In this document: positions 36,664-45,651 of the stretch, piece by piece
Layout of the letters: each line of letters starts with the position of its first letter
Numbering within the stretch: position 1 is the first letter of the stretch
Assembly: GCA_019749945.1 (NCBI GenBank)
Contig: JAIEPF010000002.1
Coordinates: 11,914 to 75,913 of the forward strand
Reading direction: 5' to 3'
DNA from: Burkholderiales bacterium
GTDB lineage: Bacteria; Pseudomonadota; Gammaproteobacteria; Burkholderiales; SG8-41
Length of the DNA: 64,000 nucleotides
Notes under the pieces: model-generated
What the model saw: only the letters and a program-made list of their open reading frames with translations
What the model was told of the DNA's origin: nothing
Database searches by the model: none
Translations under genes and position numbers: made by a program

Positions 36664-37392
36664 TCACCAGTGCAGATCCGGCAGATGTCGAAACGCCTGT
36701 TTCATGCCGTCACCCCAATCGCGGCTTAGTGCGGTGAAGTAAGCATCGCCGTTATCCAGGCGCCGCTGATGGTCGACTTTAAGACTGTCCAATTCGTAAC
36801 ACATCAGGTCGATCGGCATGCCAACCGACAGGTTGCTGCGCATGGTCAGATCAAAAGACACCAGCACGCACTTGGTGGCATCCGCAAGCGGTGTCGAGGG
36901 CGTGATGACACGGTCGATGATCGGCTTGCCGTATTTGGTTTCACCCGTCTGGAAAAACGGGGTGTCGATTCCCGCCTCGATGAAATTGCCCTCGGAATAA
37001 ATCCGGAACAATCGCAATCGTTCGTTGCCGATCTGCCCGCCCAGGATGAACGAGGAATTGAAAATAATGTCGCTTTCCTGCAGGTATGCGCCGTCCCTTT
37101 GTTCGATATCACGCATGGCGTCGGATACCAGCATCGCAGCATCGAACATGGTGCGTGCGCCCCAGAGATTCGGGGTTGAGTCGCCGGCATCGCAACGCTG
37201 GTTGAGCACGCCGATCACGGCCTGGGTTCCGGCAAGATTGCCGGAACTCAGCAACACAATGACCCGGTCGCCCGGACGCTCGAACACCGTCATCTTGGAG
37301 AATTTTCCGATGTTGTCCATGCCCGCATTCGTCCGCGAGTCGGAGGCAAAGATCAGTCCCTGGTCAAGGAGAACACCGATGCAATAGGTCAC
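36664..37392 (-). CDS. Anbu-type proteasome beta-subunit homologue (Ntn hydrolase, peptidase T1 family)
   Basis: 242 aa. The N-terminus MTYCIGVLLDQGLIFASDSRTNAG places the catalytic Thr directly after Met, as in Anbu proteins. Confidence 0.8.
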   Translation of the reverse strand: MTYCIGVLLDQGLIFASDSRTNAGMDNIGKFSKMTVFERPGDRVIVLLSSGNLAGTQAVIGVLNQRCDAGDSTPNLWGARTMFDAAMLVSDAMRDIEQRDGAYLQESDIIFNSSFILGGQIGNERLRLFRIYSEGNFIEAGIDTPFFQTGETKYGKPIIDRVITPSTPLADATKCVLVSFDLTMRSNLSVGMPIDLMCYELDSLKVDHQRRLDNGDAYFTALSRDWGDGMKQAFRHLPDLHW

Positions 37393-38031
37393 GCCGCGCG
37401 CCTTCGATTCAACGGATAACCCGAAAAGGGAAAAGTTGTGCCCAAACCGCCACGGACATCACCGGGGGCGGACTTTAGCCCCTTGTCGGCCGGCCACATG
37501 TGCGGCAACACACATAAGGCGCCACTGAACCCTGGTCAGCACAGCACGGAGCGTTGACCCGACGATGCAGCGCCAAAAAACGATCAGGTCAGATGTGCCG
37601 GGATCCTTTGGAGCCGGGGGCAAGTTCATTTTCGTGAAAAATGACGCCCAGGCGTTTATTGGCAAAATTTACCGCATAGGCGATCCTGCCATTGCGGCTG
37701 CGCGGAAAGACAAACTTGATGACACCTTCCCCGCGGGCTGTTCGTACCGGATCGCGGACGCGATACTGCGTCCGGTTCGTTTTAAGTTTGTCGTACATGC
37801 TGGTTTTATGGCGCCTGGGACTGGGTGCGGATTTTCCATCGGGATGCCGGCCCACCAACCGCCGCATCGTTTTATGCTTATCTCATCGGCCGGCCTGACC
37901 TTCCGTACGGAAACGCACATACGCCCCGGGCTTTTGGGTAAACCATGGCTCTGATCCGCCGGCTCCCCGCGTTTTTCCCGCGACAAAAAGAAAAAGGGCC
38001 AGCCTTTTGAGCTGACCCCTTGTGCCGGAAC

Positions 38032-38107
38032 TGGTAGGAGGTGCGAGATTCGAACTCGCGACCAACGGATTAAAAGTCCGCTGCTCTACCGGCTGAGCTA
38101 ACCTCCC
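38032..38107 (-). tRNA. tRNA-Lys (anticodon UUU)
   Basis: The reverse complement GGGAGGTTAGCTCAGCCGGTAGAGCAGCGGACTTTTAATCCGTTGGTCGCGAGTTCGAATCTCGCACCTCCTACCA folds as a cloverleaf. Anticodon loop CTTTTAA. Encoded CCA. Confidence 0.95.
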
Positions 38108-38181
38108 AAAAAGGGGCGAATTTTAACCGTGACGGGCATGGGGGTCAACCAAGTCATCCCCCTGAATCCGCCGGTGCGCGC

Positions 38182-39309
38182 TCAGGCCTCCTGCATCATG
38201 CGCCAGTACTGGTATTTCATGGTCGCAGCAGCGCCAATGACAATGGCAAAAAAAGTCAGCAGCGAGCCCAAGGCAAGCGTCGACATGCCGGTAATCGCCT
38301 GCCCGACCGTGCATCCCATCGCCAGCACGCCGCCGACCCCCATCAACACGCCGCCCACCGCGTGATTGGCAAAATCCTTGAACGAAACAAACCATTCGAC
38401 GCGAAAGCTCTTTGTAATCAACGCATAAATGAACGAGCCTGCAATGACTCCGGACAGCGCCATCACGCCGAAATTGATCAAGGCGGTGTTATCCGGACTC
38501 AACAGGTAACGCACACTGTCGCCCATCGGACTGATGAAGGTGTAGGACTGCACCTGGACGCGGCTCGGCACCTGGCTTGCAAATTCGGCGTATTCCTTCC
38601 ACGCCTGCCCCGGCGGCCCGCCGGTCAGGTACCAACCGGCGAGCACGGCGAGCCCGACCGCCGCGCCGCCCAATATATTGTCGAGGCTGCCGCGAAAATC
38701 AGCCGAGCGGAATACATAAATGAACAGGCCCAGCGCCAGTGCGCCGCCGAGGGCTGCATTGAGCAGGGGGGAAGGCGGCAAACCGGACAGTCCGGAAAGC
38801 ACCGTGCCGAGTTGCTGCGTGTTCATGCCGTGACGCGCAAGATCGATGGCCGTTGCCGACACCCAGGGATGGAAGGCTTTTTCGTAAAACGGCGTCCACA
38901 TCATCAGGTACGCCATCAGCGACGCGATCACCAGAACCACCAGCGACTTCAGGTTGCCGGCGCCGACGCGCACCAGTGTCTTGTTGCCGCAGCCGCTGGC
39001 GAGTGTCATGCCGATGCCGAACATCGCGCCGCCGGCAAGGTAACGCAGCCAGCTGAAATTCGCGCTGCGATACGGTGGAAAGGTTTCACCGGCGAGATTG
39101 ACGATGCCCGCCGACTCCATCGCGGCCACACCGGCCATCGCTATCGCAATGGCGAACAGCCACGCCCGCATGCGCCCGCTGTCGCCGATGTTGATCCAGT
39201 CGGACACCGCACCCATGGTGCAGAAATTGGTTTTGTTGACGATCGCGCCGAGCACGACGGCGATGGCAAATACCGCCGCCAGCACCTGCTGATGTACGTT
39301 GAACTCCAT
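38182..39309 (-). CDS. YeeE/YedE family sulfur-compound (thiosulfate-type) transporter, two-domain
   Basis: 375 aa from ATG 39309 (Shine-Dalgarno GGAGGAG). The conserved cysteine contexts NFCTMGAV and ASGCGNKTL, and MGCTVGQA, are typical of YeeE/YedE. Confidence 0.85.
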   Translation of the reverse strand: MEFNVHQQVLAAVFAIAVVLGAIVNKTNFCTMGAVSDWINIGDSGRMRAWLFAIAIAMAGVAAMESAGIVNLAGETFPPYRSANFSWLRYLAGGAMFGIGMTLASGCGNKTLVRVGAGNLKSLVVLVIASLMAYLMMWTPFYEKAFHPWVSATAIDLARHGMNTQQLGTVLSGLSGLPPSPLLNAALGGALALGLFIYVFRSADFRGSLDNILGGAAVGLAVLAGWYLTGGPPGQAWKEYAEFASQVPSRVQVQSYTFISPMGDSVRYLLSPDNTALINFGVMALSGVIAGSFIYALITKSFRVEWFVSFKDFANHAVGGVLMGVGGVLAMGCTVGQAITGMSTLALGSLLTFFAIVIGAAATMKYQYWRMMQEA

Positions 39310-39392
39310 GAAGCTCCTCCGCTGCGCCACTGCGCCTGCGGCGAGTGTAATGCGCCCCCGCGCACTCTCCGTAACTTATTGTTTTTATTGAT

Positions 39393-40064
39393 TTATTTGT
39401 AGCGGGTCGGATCGGCAATCGCGGCCTGCTCAAAACCGGCGCGGCGCAGCCGGCAGGAGTCGCAGACGCCGCAGGCGAGGCCCGCTGCATCGGCCTGATA
39501 ACAGGACACCGTCAGCGCGTAATCGACACCGAGCGCAACCCCGCGGCGGATGATGTCGGCCTTGCTGAGCTCGATGATCGGCGTGTGCAGCTTGAGCGGC
39601 CGGCCTTCGACGGCGGCCTTGGTGGCAAGATTCGCCAGCCGTTCAAACGCAAGCATGTATTCGGGCCGGCAATCCGGATAACCGGAGTAATCGACGGCGT
39701 TGGCGCCGAAATAAATGTGCTGCGCGCCGCTGACTTCGGCATGCGCCAGTGCCAGCGCAAGCATGATGGTGTTGCGCGCCGGCACATAGGTCACCGGGAT
39801 GCCCGGCCGCACGCCGTCCACCGGCAGCGCAATGGCGCGGTCGGTCAGCGCCGAGCCGCCGACGGCGCCGAGATCGATGCGCACCACCTTGTGCGCCGCC
39901 GCGCCCAGCGCCTGTGCCACGCGCGCGGCGGCATCCAGTTCGGAGCGATGGCGCTGGCCGTAATCAATCGACAGGCAATGACAGTCATGCCCCGCCTCGC
40001 GCGCGATGGCCAGCGTGGTCGCGGAATCGAGTCCGCCGGAGAGCAGGACGACGGCTTTGGTCAT
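39393..40064 (-). CDS. queC: 7-cyano-7-deazaguanine synthase
   Basis: 223 aa. [15 protein letters not shown]-loop and the C-terminal zinc cysteines [10 protein letters not shown]. Confidence 0.95.
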   Translation of the reverse strand: MTKAVVLLSGGLDSATTLAIAREAGHDCHCLSIDYGQRHRSELDAAARVAQALGAAAHKVVRIDLGAVGGSALTDRAIALPVDGVRPGIPVTYVPARNTIMLALALAHAEVSGAQHIYFGANAVDYSGYPDCRPEYMLAFERLANLATKAAVEGRPLKLHTPIIELSKADIIRRGVALGVDYALTVSCYQADAAGLACGVCDSCRLRRAGFEQAAIADPTRYK

Positions 40065-40074
40065 GGCTCTATAC

Positions 40075-40158
40075 GTGAATTAGTAATTAGGTGACTAGGT
40101 GAAAGCGATGCTCGACACTATCGACTTAATCACCTAATCACCTAGTCACTTAGTCACC
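40075..40158. repeat. Imperfect composite hairpin built from taggtga/tagtga units
   Basis: Left gtgaattagtaattaggtgactaggtga (40075-40102). Right tcacctaatcacctagtcacttagtcacc (40130-40158). The loop-proximal 15 nt pair with one mismatch, and the distal part is more degenerate. Confidence 0.65.
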
Positions 40159-40161
40159 ATC

Positions 40162-40857
40162 CTAATGTCCTGGAACTTCGCCCCACAGCAGCTTGTGCAG
40201 CTGCAGCTGCAGGCGCACCGGCAAGCGGTCGCGCAATATCCATTCGGCGAGCCGGCGCGGTTCAAGCCGGTCGTGCACCGGCGAGAACAGCACCGGGCAT
40301 ATCGCAGCGAGCTTCCTCTGCTGCAGCTGCTGCCGCGCCCAGTCATAGTCCTGCTCGTCGCACAATACAAACTTGATCTCGTCCTGCGGCGTCAGGTGCG
40401 CGAGGTTGGCCCACAGATTGCGCGCGGATTCGCCGGAACCGGGCGTTTTCAAGTCAAGGATTTTTGAGATGCGCACGTCGACCCCGGACACGTCGAGCGC
40501 GCCGCTGGTTTCCAGCGACACCGAATAACCGGCGTCGGCCAGCTGGCGCAGCAGCAGCGGCGCGTGTTTCTGCGCCAGCGGCTCGCCGCCGGTCAGCGTG
40601 ACCTGGCGCGCGCCGTAGGCGGCAACACGTTCGAGAATCATGTCCAGCGCCATTGATTCGCCGCCATGGAAGGCATAGGCGGTGTCGCAATAACCGCAAC
40701 GCAGCGGACAGCCGGTGAGGCGCACGAATACCGTGGGCAGGCCGACGCGGCTGGTTTCACCCTGCAGCGAAAAAAAGATTTCGGTGACGCGCAGCGTCGC
40801 GGCGGCTGCCGCATCCGTTACCACGGGTGCGGGTTGTTCGGTGGTGGTCGGGTTCAC
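40162..40857 (-). CDS. queE: 7-carboxy-7-deazaguanine synthase (radical SAM)
   Basis: 231 aa. EIFFSLQGET and the radical SAM cluster motif CPLRCGYCDT. Confidence 0.9.
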   Translation of the reverse strand: MNPTTTEQPAPVVTDAAAAATLRVTEIFFSLQGETSRVGLPTVFVRLTGCPLRCGYCDTAYAFHGGESMALDMILERVAAYGARQVTLTGGEPLAQKHAPLLLRQLADAGYSVSLETSGALDVSGVDVRISKILDLKTPGSGESARNLWANLAHLTPQDEIKFVLCDEQDYDWARQQLQQRKLAAICPVLFSPVHDRLEPRRLAEWILRDRLPVRLQLQLHKLLWGEVPGH

Positions 40858-40896
40858 TGCCGGATTCTGCCGGAAAACCCGGCGCTTTGCTGCCGC

Positions 40897-41742
40897 TCAG
40901 CGCAGGTTGGCGACGCGGCGGCGCGCCTTTTCGGCCGCTTCGGAAGACGGGTAACGCGCAATCAGGCCGTCCATGGTCTTGCGCGCGGCGGCGGTGTCCC
41001 CCGCTTCCAGCTGCGAGCTTGCCATGTTGAGCAGCGCATCGGGCACCGAGCTGCTGTCGGGATAGGCGGCGATCAGCTTCTGCTGGCTGGCGATCGCATT
41101 CCTGAAATCGCGCAGGTTGAAGTACGAGTCGCCGATCCAGTACTGGGCGCGCGGCGCCAGCGTGCTTTTCGGATATTTGGCGACAAAACCCTGGAAAGCG
41201 GTGATGGCGCCCTGGTAATTGCCGATGCGGCGCTGGCCCTGGGCTCGCTCATAGGCCTCGTTTTCGTCGACGCCGGTTGTCGTGCCTGGTGCCGCAACGG
41301 CGGCTTTCGGCGCCTCCGCGCCAGCCGCGGCCGGAGCGGATCCAGCGGCCGCCGGCGCGATGGCCGCACCCGGCTGCTCAAAACGGCGCAGCCGCTGGTC
41401 GAGATCGACATACATGTCGCGCTGGCGTTTGGACACGCCCTCGATGGTGTTGCCCAGCACCTCGATCTGGCCGCGCAGGCTGCGCATTTCCTCGCGCAGC
41501 TTTTCGATTTCAGAGGCCAGTGCGAGTACCGGCTGCGCCTTGGCATCGTCCTCGATTTTGGTGAGGCGCGCGGCCAGGCCGTCGCTCTGCTGGCGCAGTT
41601 CATCGACGCGTTTCTGCTGTTCGGCGATCTGCTTGCGCGCAATCTCGTCATCGAAAAGGCCCGCAGCCGCAGGCCCGGTCGCCAGTACGCCGGAACAGAA
41701 CATCAGCGCGCCCAGCAACGTGCGCAGTTTAGGCGACCCCAT
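40897..41742 (-). CDS. cpoB: Tol-Pal system protein CpoB/YbgF (coiled coil + TPR)
   Basis: 281 aa. Signal peptide, N-terminal coiled coil, C-terminal TPR (…YWIGDSYFNLRDF…). Located immediately downstream of pal. Confidence 0.9.
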   Translation of the reverse strand: MGSPKLRTLLGALMFCSGVLATGPAAAGLFDDEIARKQIAEQQKRVDELRQQSDGLAARLTKIEDDAKAQPVLALASEIEKLREEMRSLRGQIEVLGNTIEGVSKRQRDMYVDLDQRLRRFEQPGAAIAPAAAGSAPAAAGAEAPKAAVAAPGTTTGVDENEAYERAQGQRRIGNYQGAITAFQGFVAKYPKSTLAPRAQYWIGDSYFNLRDFRNAIASQQKLIAAYPDSSSVPDALLNMASSQLEAGDTAAARKTMDGLIARYPSSEAAEKARRRVANLR

Positions 41743-41750
41743 GCGCCGGA

Positions 41751-42302
41751 TCAGTCGTTGGGATAGGCGAGGTCGGCGCGGCGGTTCTCGGCCCAGCTCG
41801 CTTCATCGTGCCCTGTCGCCTTGGGTTTTTCCTCGCCGAAGCTGACCGTCTCGATCTGCTCGCTTTTCGCACCGAGCAGCAACATCATCTGCTTGACGGC
41901 ATCGGCGCGGCGCTGGCCCAGTGCCAGGTTGTATTCACGGCTGCCGCGTTCGTCGGCATTGCCCTGCACGGTCATTTTCTGGGCGGGGTTCTGCTGCAGG
42001 TAGCGCGCATGCGCGGCGATCAGCGGCTTGAACTCTTCCTTGACGATGTTGCTGTCGAGTTCGAAATAGATGCTACGTTTGGACAGCAGGTTCGAGGGAT
42101 CTTTCAGCGGGTTCGACGACACGCCCTTGGGATCCAGCGGCGTGGTGGTCGGCCCGCTGGCCACCGGCGGCTTGGTCGCCGGCTGCTGGGTCGTGGCGCC
42201 GCCGCGGTCTTCAACCGTGGCTGCGTCCTGCTCCTTGGTGGATGTGCTGCTGCAGGCGGCGAGTATCGCCGTTGCCAGTGCTGCCGCGAGTATGCGTTTC
42301 AT
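41751..42302 (-). CDS. pal: Peptidoglycan-associated lipoprotein Pal
   Basis: 183 aa. Lipobox LAACSS. OmpA-like domain (GNADERGSREYNLALGQRRA). Confidence 0.95.
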   Translation of the reverse strand: MKRILAAALATAILAACSSTSTKEQDAATVEDRGGATTQQPATKPPVASGPTTTPLDPKGVSSNPLKDPSNLLSKRSIYFELDSNIVKEEFKPLIAAHARYLQQNPAQKMTVQGNADERGSREYNLALGQRRADAVKQMMLLLGAKSEQIETVSFGEEKPKATGHDEASWAENRRADLAYPND

Positions 42303-42342
42303 GATTCAGCTCCTTGTCGACTGGGGTGGTTTTGCTGAGGAT

Positions 42343-43626
42343 TTATTTATTGACCACGGGACTCCACGCAGGTTCACGCGCATCCCCGACATCAGCGGTG
42401 AAACGTTGCTTGATGCGACCATCGCTGGAAACGGCGGCCAATATACCACGGCCGCCCACCTCGGTCGCATAGAGGATGATCTTGCCGTTCGGCGCAAAAC
42501 TCGGCGATTCATCGACGCCGCCTTCGGTCAGCACCTGCACCTGGCGCGTCGCGAAATCCTGCACCGCGACATTGAAGCGGCTGCCGTTGCGCTGGATGAA
42601 GGTGAAACTTTTGCCGTCGGGACTGTGCCGCGCCGATACGTTGTAGCTGCCTTCGAAGGTCACGCGCTGCGGCGTGCCGCCGCTGACGGGGATGCGGTAG
42701 ATCTGCGGACCGCCGCCGCGATCCGATGTGAACAGGATCGACTGGCCGTCGGGCGAAAAATTGGCCTCGGTATCGATCGCCGCGCTTTGCGTCAGCCGCA
42801 CCGGCGCACCGGTGCCGTCGGCATTGATCAGAAACAGCTGCGAGCCGCCGTCGCGGGTCAGCGTCACCGCCAGCTTCTTGCCGTCCGGCGACCAGGCCGG
42901 CGCGCTGTTGCTGCCGCGGAAGGCCGCCACGGCCTGGCGGCTGCCGGTGGTCAGGGACTGCACGTACACCACCGGTTTTTTCTGCTCGAAGGACACATAG
43001 GCGAGGCGGGTGCCGTCCGGCGACCACGCCGGCGAAATGATCGGTTCGTTCGAAGCCAGCACCGTTTGCGCGCCGAAACCGTCGGCATCGGCGACGTGCA
43101 ATTCGTAGCGTGCGCCGCGTTTGACGACATAGGTGATGCGCGTCGCGAACACGCCGGTGTCGCCGGTCAGTTTTTCGTAAATGACGTCGGCGATCTTGTG
43201 CGCGGTCAGCCGCAGCTGGTTTTCGGTGGCGAAATAGACAAAACCGGCGATCTGGGTCTGCTTGACCGCATCCATGACGCGGAAACGGATGTCATAACGG
43301 CCGTCCGGCGCCTTGGTCACGGAACCGATCACCACGGCATCGGCGCCGCGGGCGCGCCACTGCGCGTAATTCAGCTGCTCGGGCTCGTGGGGCACCGGAT
43401 TCATGCCCCCGGCATCGACGATCTTGAACAGGCCGCTGCGCGCAAGGTCAGCCGCCACCACCGGCGTCAGGCGCTGGGCCAGACCCTCTTCGGCGCGGAA
43501 GGGCACGATGGCCACCGGAATCTGCGTCGCGCCGCCGCCGACGACCTCGATGCGGAGCTGGGCCGATGCGGCCTGGGCGAGGAATAACAATCCGAAAAAT
43601 AACAGTGCTGTTTTAAGATTTTTCAT
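42343..43626 (-). CDS. tolB: Tol-Pal system beta-propeller protein TolB
   Basis: 427 aa from ATG 43626 (signal peptide MKNLKTALLFFGLLFLAQAASA). Repeated …SPDG…L.F.S.R.G…Q… propeller blades. Confidence 0.95.
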   Translation of the reverse strand: MKNLKTALLFFGLLFLAQAASAQLRIEVVGGGATQIPVAIVPFRAEEGLAQRLTPVVAADLARSGLFKIVDAGGMNPVPHEPEQLNYAQWRARGADAVVIGSVTKAPDGRYDIRFRVMDAVKQTQIAGFVYFATENQLRLTAHKIADVIYEKLTGDTGVFATRITYVVKRGARYELHVADADGFGAQTVLASNEPIISPAWSPDGTRLAYVSFEQKKPVVYVQSLTTGSRQAVAAFRGSNSAPAWSPDGKKLAVTLTRDGGSQLFLINADGTGAPVRLTQSAAIDTEANFSPDGQSILFTSDRGGGPQIYRIPVSGGTPQRVTFEGSYNVSARHSPDGKSFTFIQRNGSRFNVAVQDFATRQVQVLTEGGVDESPSFAPNGKIILYATEVGGRGILAAVSSDGRIKQRFTADVGDAREPAWSPVVNK

Positions 43627-43722
43627 CTTTTTCTGATTGGATGTCGTCAACTGGATACGGGGTTCTGAACCGTGTGACCGCCGGTTTGTGCCCGGGTTCA
43701 TTGTCATTGTCATGCAGAAACA

Positions 43723-44526
43723 TTACTGAACCGGCCGGAAAGCCATGGTGAAACGGCGGAAATACTGCTGAAACTCGTTGCCCGCCGGCACCGTGAACGG
43801 CTGCGCCTTGCGGATCGCGCTTTCGATCGCTGCGTCATAGGCCGCGTTGCCGCTGGTCTTGGCGAGGCGCACATCGAGCACTTCCCCGCCGGGCAGCAGC
43901 GTAACGACAAACTCGGCCTCCGGGTTGCCCTGCAGGCTGGGCGGCACCAGTACAAAACGTTTGACCTTGGTACGGATGCCGTCCATGTACTTGTCCATCT
44001 CCCGCTTTGCCGCCGCTGCCTGTTGCGCGGCCAGCGCATCACGCGCTTTTTGCTCTTCGGCAGCGGCGCTCTTCGCCGCAGCCTCCGCCGCCTGTTTCTT
44101 TTTCAGCGCCTCGGCTTCGGCAAGTTTCTTTTTCTGCAGCGCCTCTTCACGCACTTTTTCCGCGGCGAGCTTTTTCTTTTCCTCCGCCGCCTGCTGCTCC
44201 TTCAGCTTGCGGTCCTTCTCCTGTTTTTCCTTCAGCGCGATGTCCGGCTTGGCCGCCGGTGCCGGTTCCGGCTTGGGCGGCGGCTTGGCTTCGACCTTGG
44301 GCATGGGCGGCGGCGGTTCCGGTTTGACCTGCGGCGGCGGCGGCGCTTCAGCGACCGGCGGCGCCGTCGGCAAATCACGCCAGAGGTCGACGACTACCGC
44401 GGTGTCGATCTGCTGATGCTGCCAGCTGACGCCGAACACCAGCAGGATCAGGAACAGCACGTGCATCGCGAAAGCCAGCCCGCCGGCGAGGGCCTGTTCG
44501 CGGGAGCTGATCGCGGCAGCAGTCAT
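43723..44526 (-). CDS. tolA: Tol-Pal system protein TolA
   Basis: 267 aa. N-terminal TM, Pro- then Lys/Ala/Glu-rich helical domain, TonB_C-like C-terminus. Located between tolR and tolB. Confidence 0.85.
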   Translation of the reverse strand: MTAAAISSREQALAGGLAFAMHVLFLILLVFGVSWQHQQIDTAVVVDLWRDLPTAPPVAEAPPPPQVKPEPPPPMPKVEAKPPPKPEPAPAAKPDIALKEKQEKDRKLKEQQAAEEKKKLAAEKVREEALQKKKLAEAEALKKKQAAEAAAKSAAAEEQKARDALAAQQAAAAKREMDKYMDGIRTKVKRFVLVPPSLQGNPEAEFVVTLLPGGEVLDVRLAKTSGNAAYDAAIESAIRKAQPFTVPAGNEFQQYFRRFTMAFRPVQ

Positions 44527-44529
44527 TGA

Positions 44530-44949
44530 CTAGTTACCGGGGCGCACCAGCAGGCCCACCCGCTGCACGTTGTTCTGCTGCAGCGTGTTCATGACCTCGA
44601 CCACTTTTTCATAGAGCACGCCCTTGTCCGCGGCGATCACCACCGCCTGATCCGGGTTGCCGGCCTGCCTCTGCTTGATCAGGGCGATGATTTCGTCCCA
44701 CTTCACCTTGCGGTCGGCCTTGCCGTCCTGGTCGCGAAACGTCAGCTCGCCTTTTTTGTCGATCATGATCTGCAGCGGCGGCACCTTGATCTCGGAGGAT
44801 TTGCCCACCGACGGCAGGTCCACCTTGCTCGGGTTCATCATCGGCGCGGTGACCATGAAAATCACCAGCAGCACCAGCATCACGTCGATGTACGGCACGA
44901 CGTTGATCTGGTTCATCAGGCGGCGGCCGCTGCGTTTTTCGATCAGCAT
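44530..44949 (-). CDS. tolR: Tol-Pal system protein TolR (ExbD/TolR family)
   Basis: 139 aa. INVVPYIDVMLVLLVIFMVTAP motif. Confidence 0.9.
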   Translation of the reverse strand: MLIEKRSGRRLMNQINVVPYIDVMLVLLVIFMVTAPMMNPSKVDLPSVGKSSEIKVPPLQIMIDKKGELTFRDQDGKADRKVKWDEIIALIKQRQAGNPDQAVVIAADKGVLYEKVVEVMNTLQQNNVQRVGLLVRPGN

Positions 44950-44971
44950 CTCAGTGCCCGTAAGCAGTCAC

Positions 44972-45631
44972 TTAGTGCACCTGCCGCTGCAGGATGTTGG
45001 AGAATTCTTCGGTGAAGGAGTCGAAACGGATCGCCAGCCGGTTCACGTCGCCGGCGAAACGGTTGTAGGCCACCACCGCGGGAATCGCCGCAAAAAGGCC
45101 GATGGCGGTGGCGATCAGCGCTTCGGCGATGCCGGGCGCGACATGGCTCAGCGTCGCCTGCCCGACATTGGCCAGTCCGCGGAAGGAATTCATGATGCCC
45201 CACACCGTGCCGAGCAGGCCGACGTACGGGCTGACCGAACCGACCGAGGCGAGGAAGGACAGCGAGGATTCCAGCTTGTCCATTTCGCGCTGGTAGGTGG
45301 CGCGCATCGCGCGCCGCGTGCTGTCCATCAATGCGGCCACATCAACGCCCGGTTCGCGCCGGTGTTTGGTGAATTCGCGGAAACCGGATTCGAAGATGCG
45401 CTCCAGGCTGCCCGCCGAATCCCGCGCATTGACCGCGCGCTGGAACAGGTCCTTCAAATCAGCGCCGCTCCAGAACTGGCGCTCGAACTCGGCGGTCTGC
45501 CGCTCGGCGCGGCGCAGCGTGAATATCTTGAGGAATATGTAATACCAGGAGAACAGCGACGACAGCAGCAGAATGATCATCACCAGCTGCACCGGCAAGC
45601 TCGCGCCGGTGATCAGGCTGAGTACGGACAT
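44972..45631 (-). CDS. tolQ: Tol-Pal system protein TolQ (MotA/TolQ/ExbB family)
   Basis: 219 aa from ATG 45631 (MSVLSLITGAS…). Conserved …SPYVGLLGTVWGIM… and …APGIAEALIATAIGL…. Confidence 0.9.
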   Translation of the reverse strand: MSVLSLITGASLPVQLVMIILLLSSLFSWYYIFLKIFTLRRAERQTAEFERQFWSGADLKDLFQRAVNARDSAGSLERIFESGFREFTKHRREPGVDVAALMDSTRRAMRATYQREMDKLESSLSFLASVGSVSPYVGLLGTVWGIMNSFRGLANVGQATLSHVAPGIAEALIATAIGLFAAIPAVVAYNRFAGDVNRLAIRFDSFTEEFSNILQRQVH

Positions 45632-45651
45632 GTCATGGGCCAGCGTCGCGT

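Noticed and set aside
37589-37798. 69-aa ORF (MYDKLKTNRTQYRVRDP...) next to tRNA-Lys
   Set aside because: No Shine-Dalgarno, no recognisable family, and several overlapping ORFs of similar length in other frames. The evidence is too weak to call as a gene.
37393-38107. Integrated prophage or genomic island at tRNA-Lys
   Set aside because: No integrase, no phage genes and no visible direct repeat of the tRNA 3' end within the window.
40065-40161. preQ1 riboswitch upstream of queC
   Set aside because: From memory of the consensus, I could not find the short P1 hairpin followed by the A-rich ...AAAAAACUA tail of preQ1-I, or larger preQ1-II/III features. The spacer is occupied by the taggtga composite hairpin. 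An Infernal scan would be decisive.
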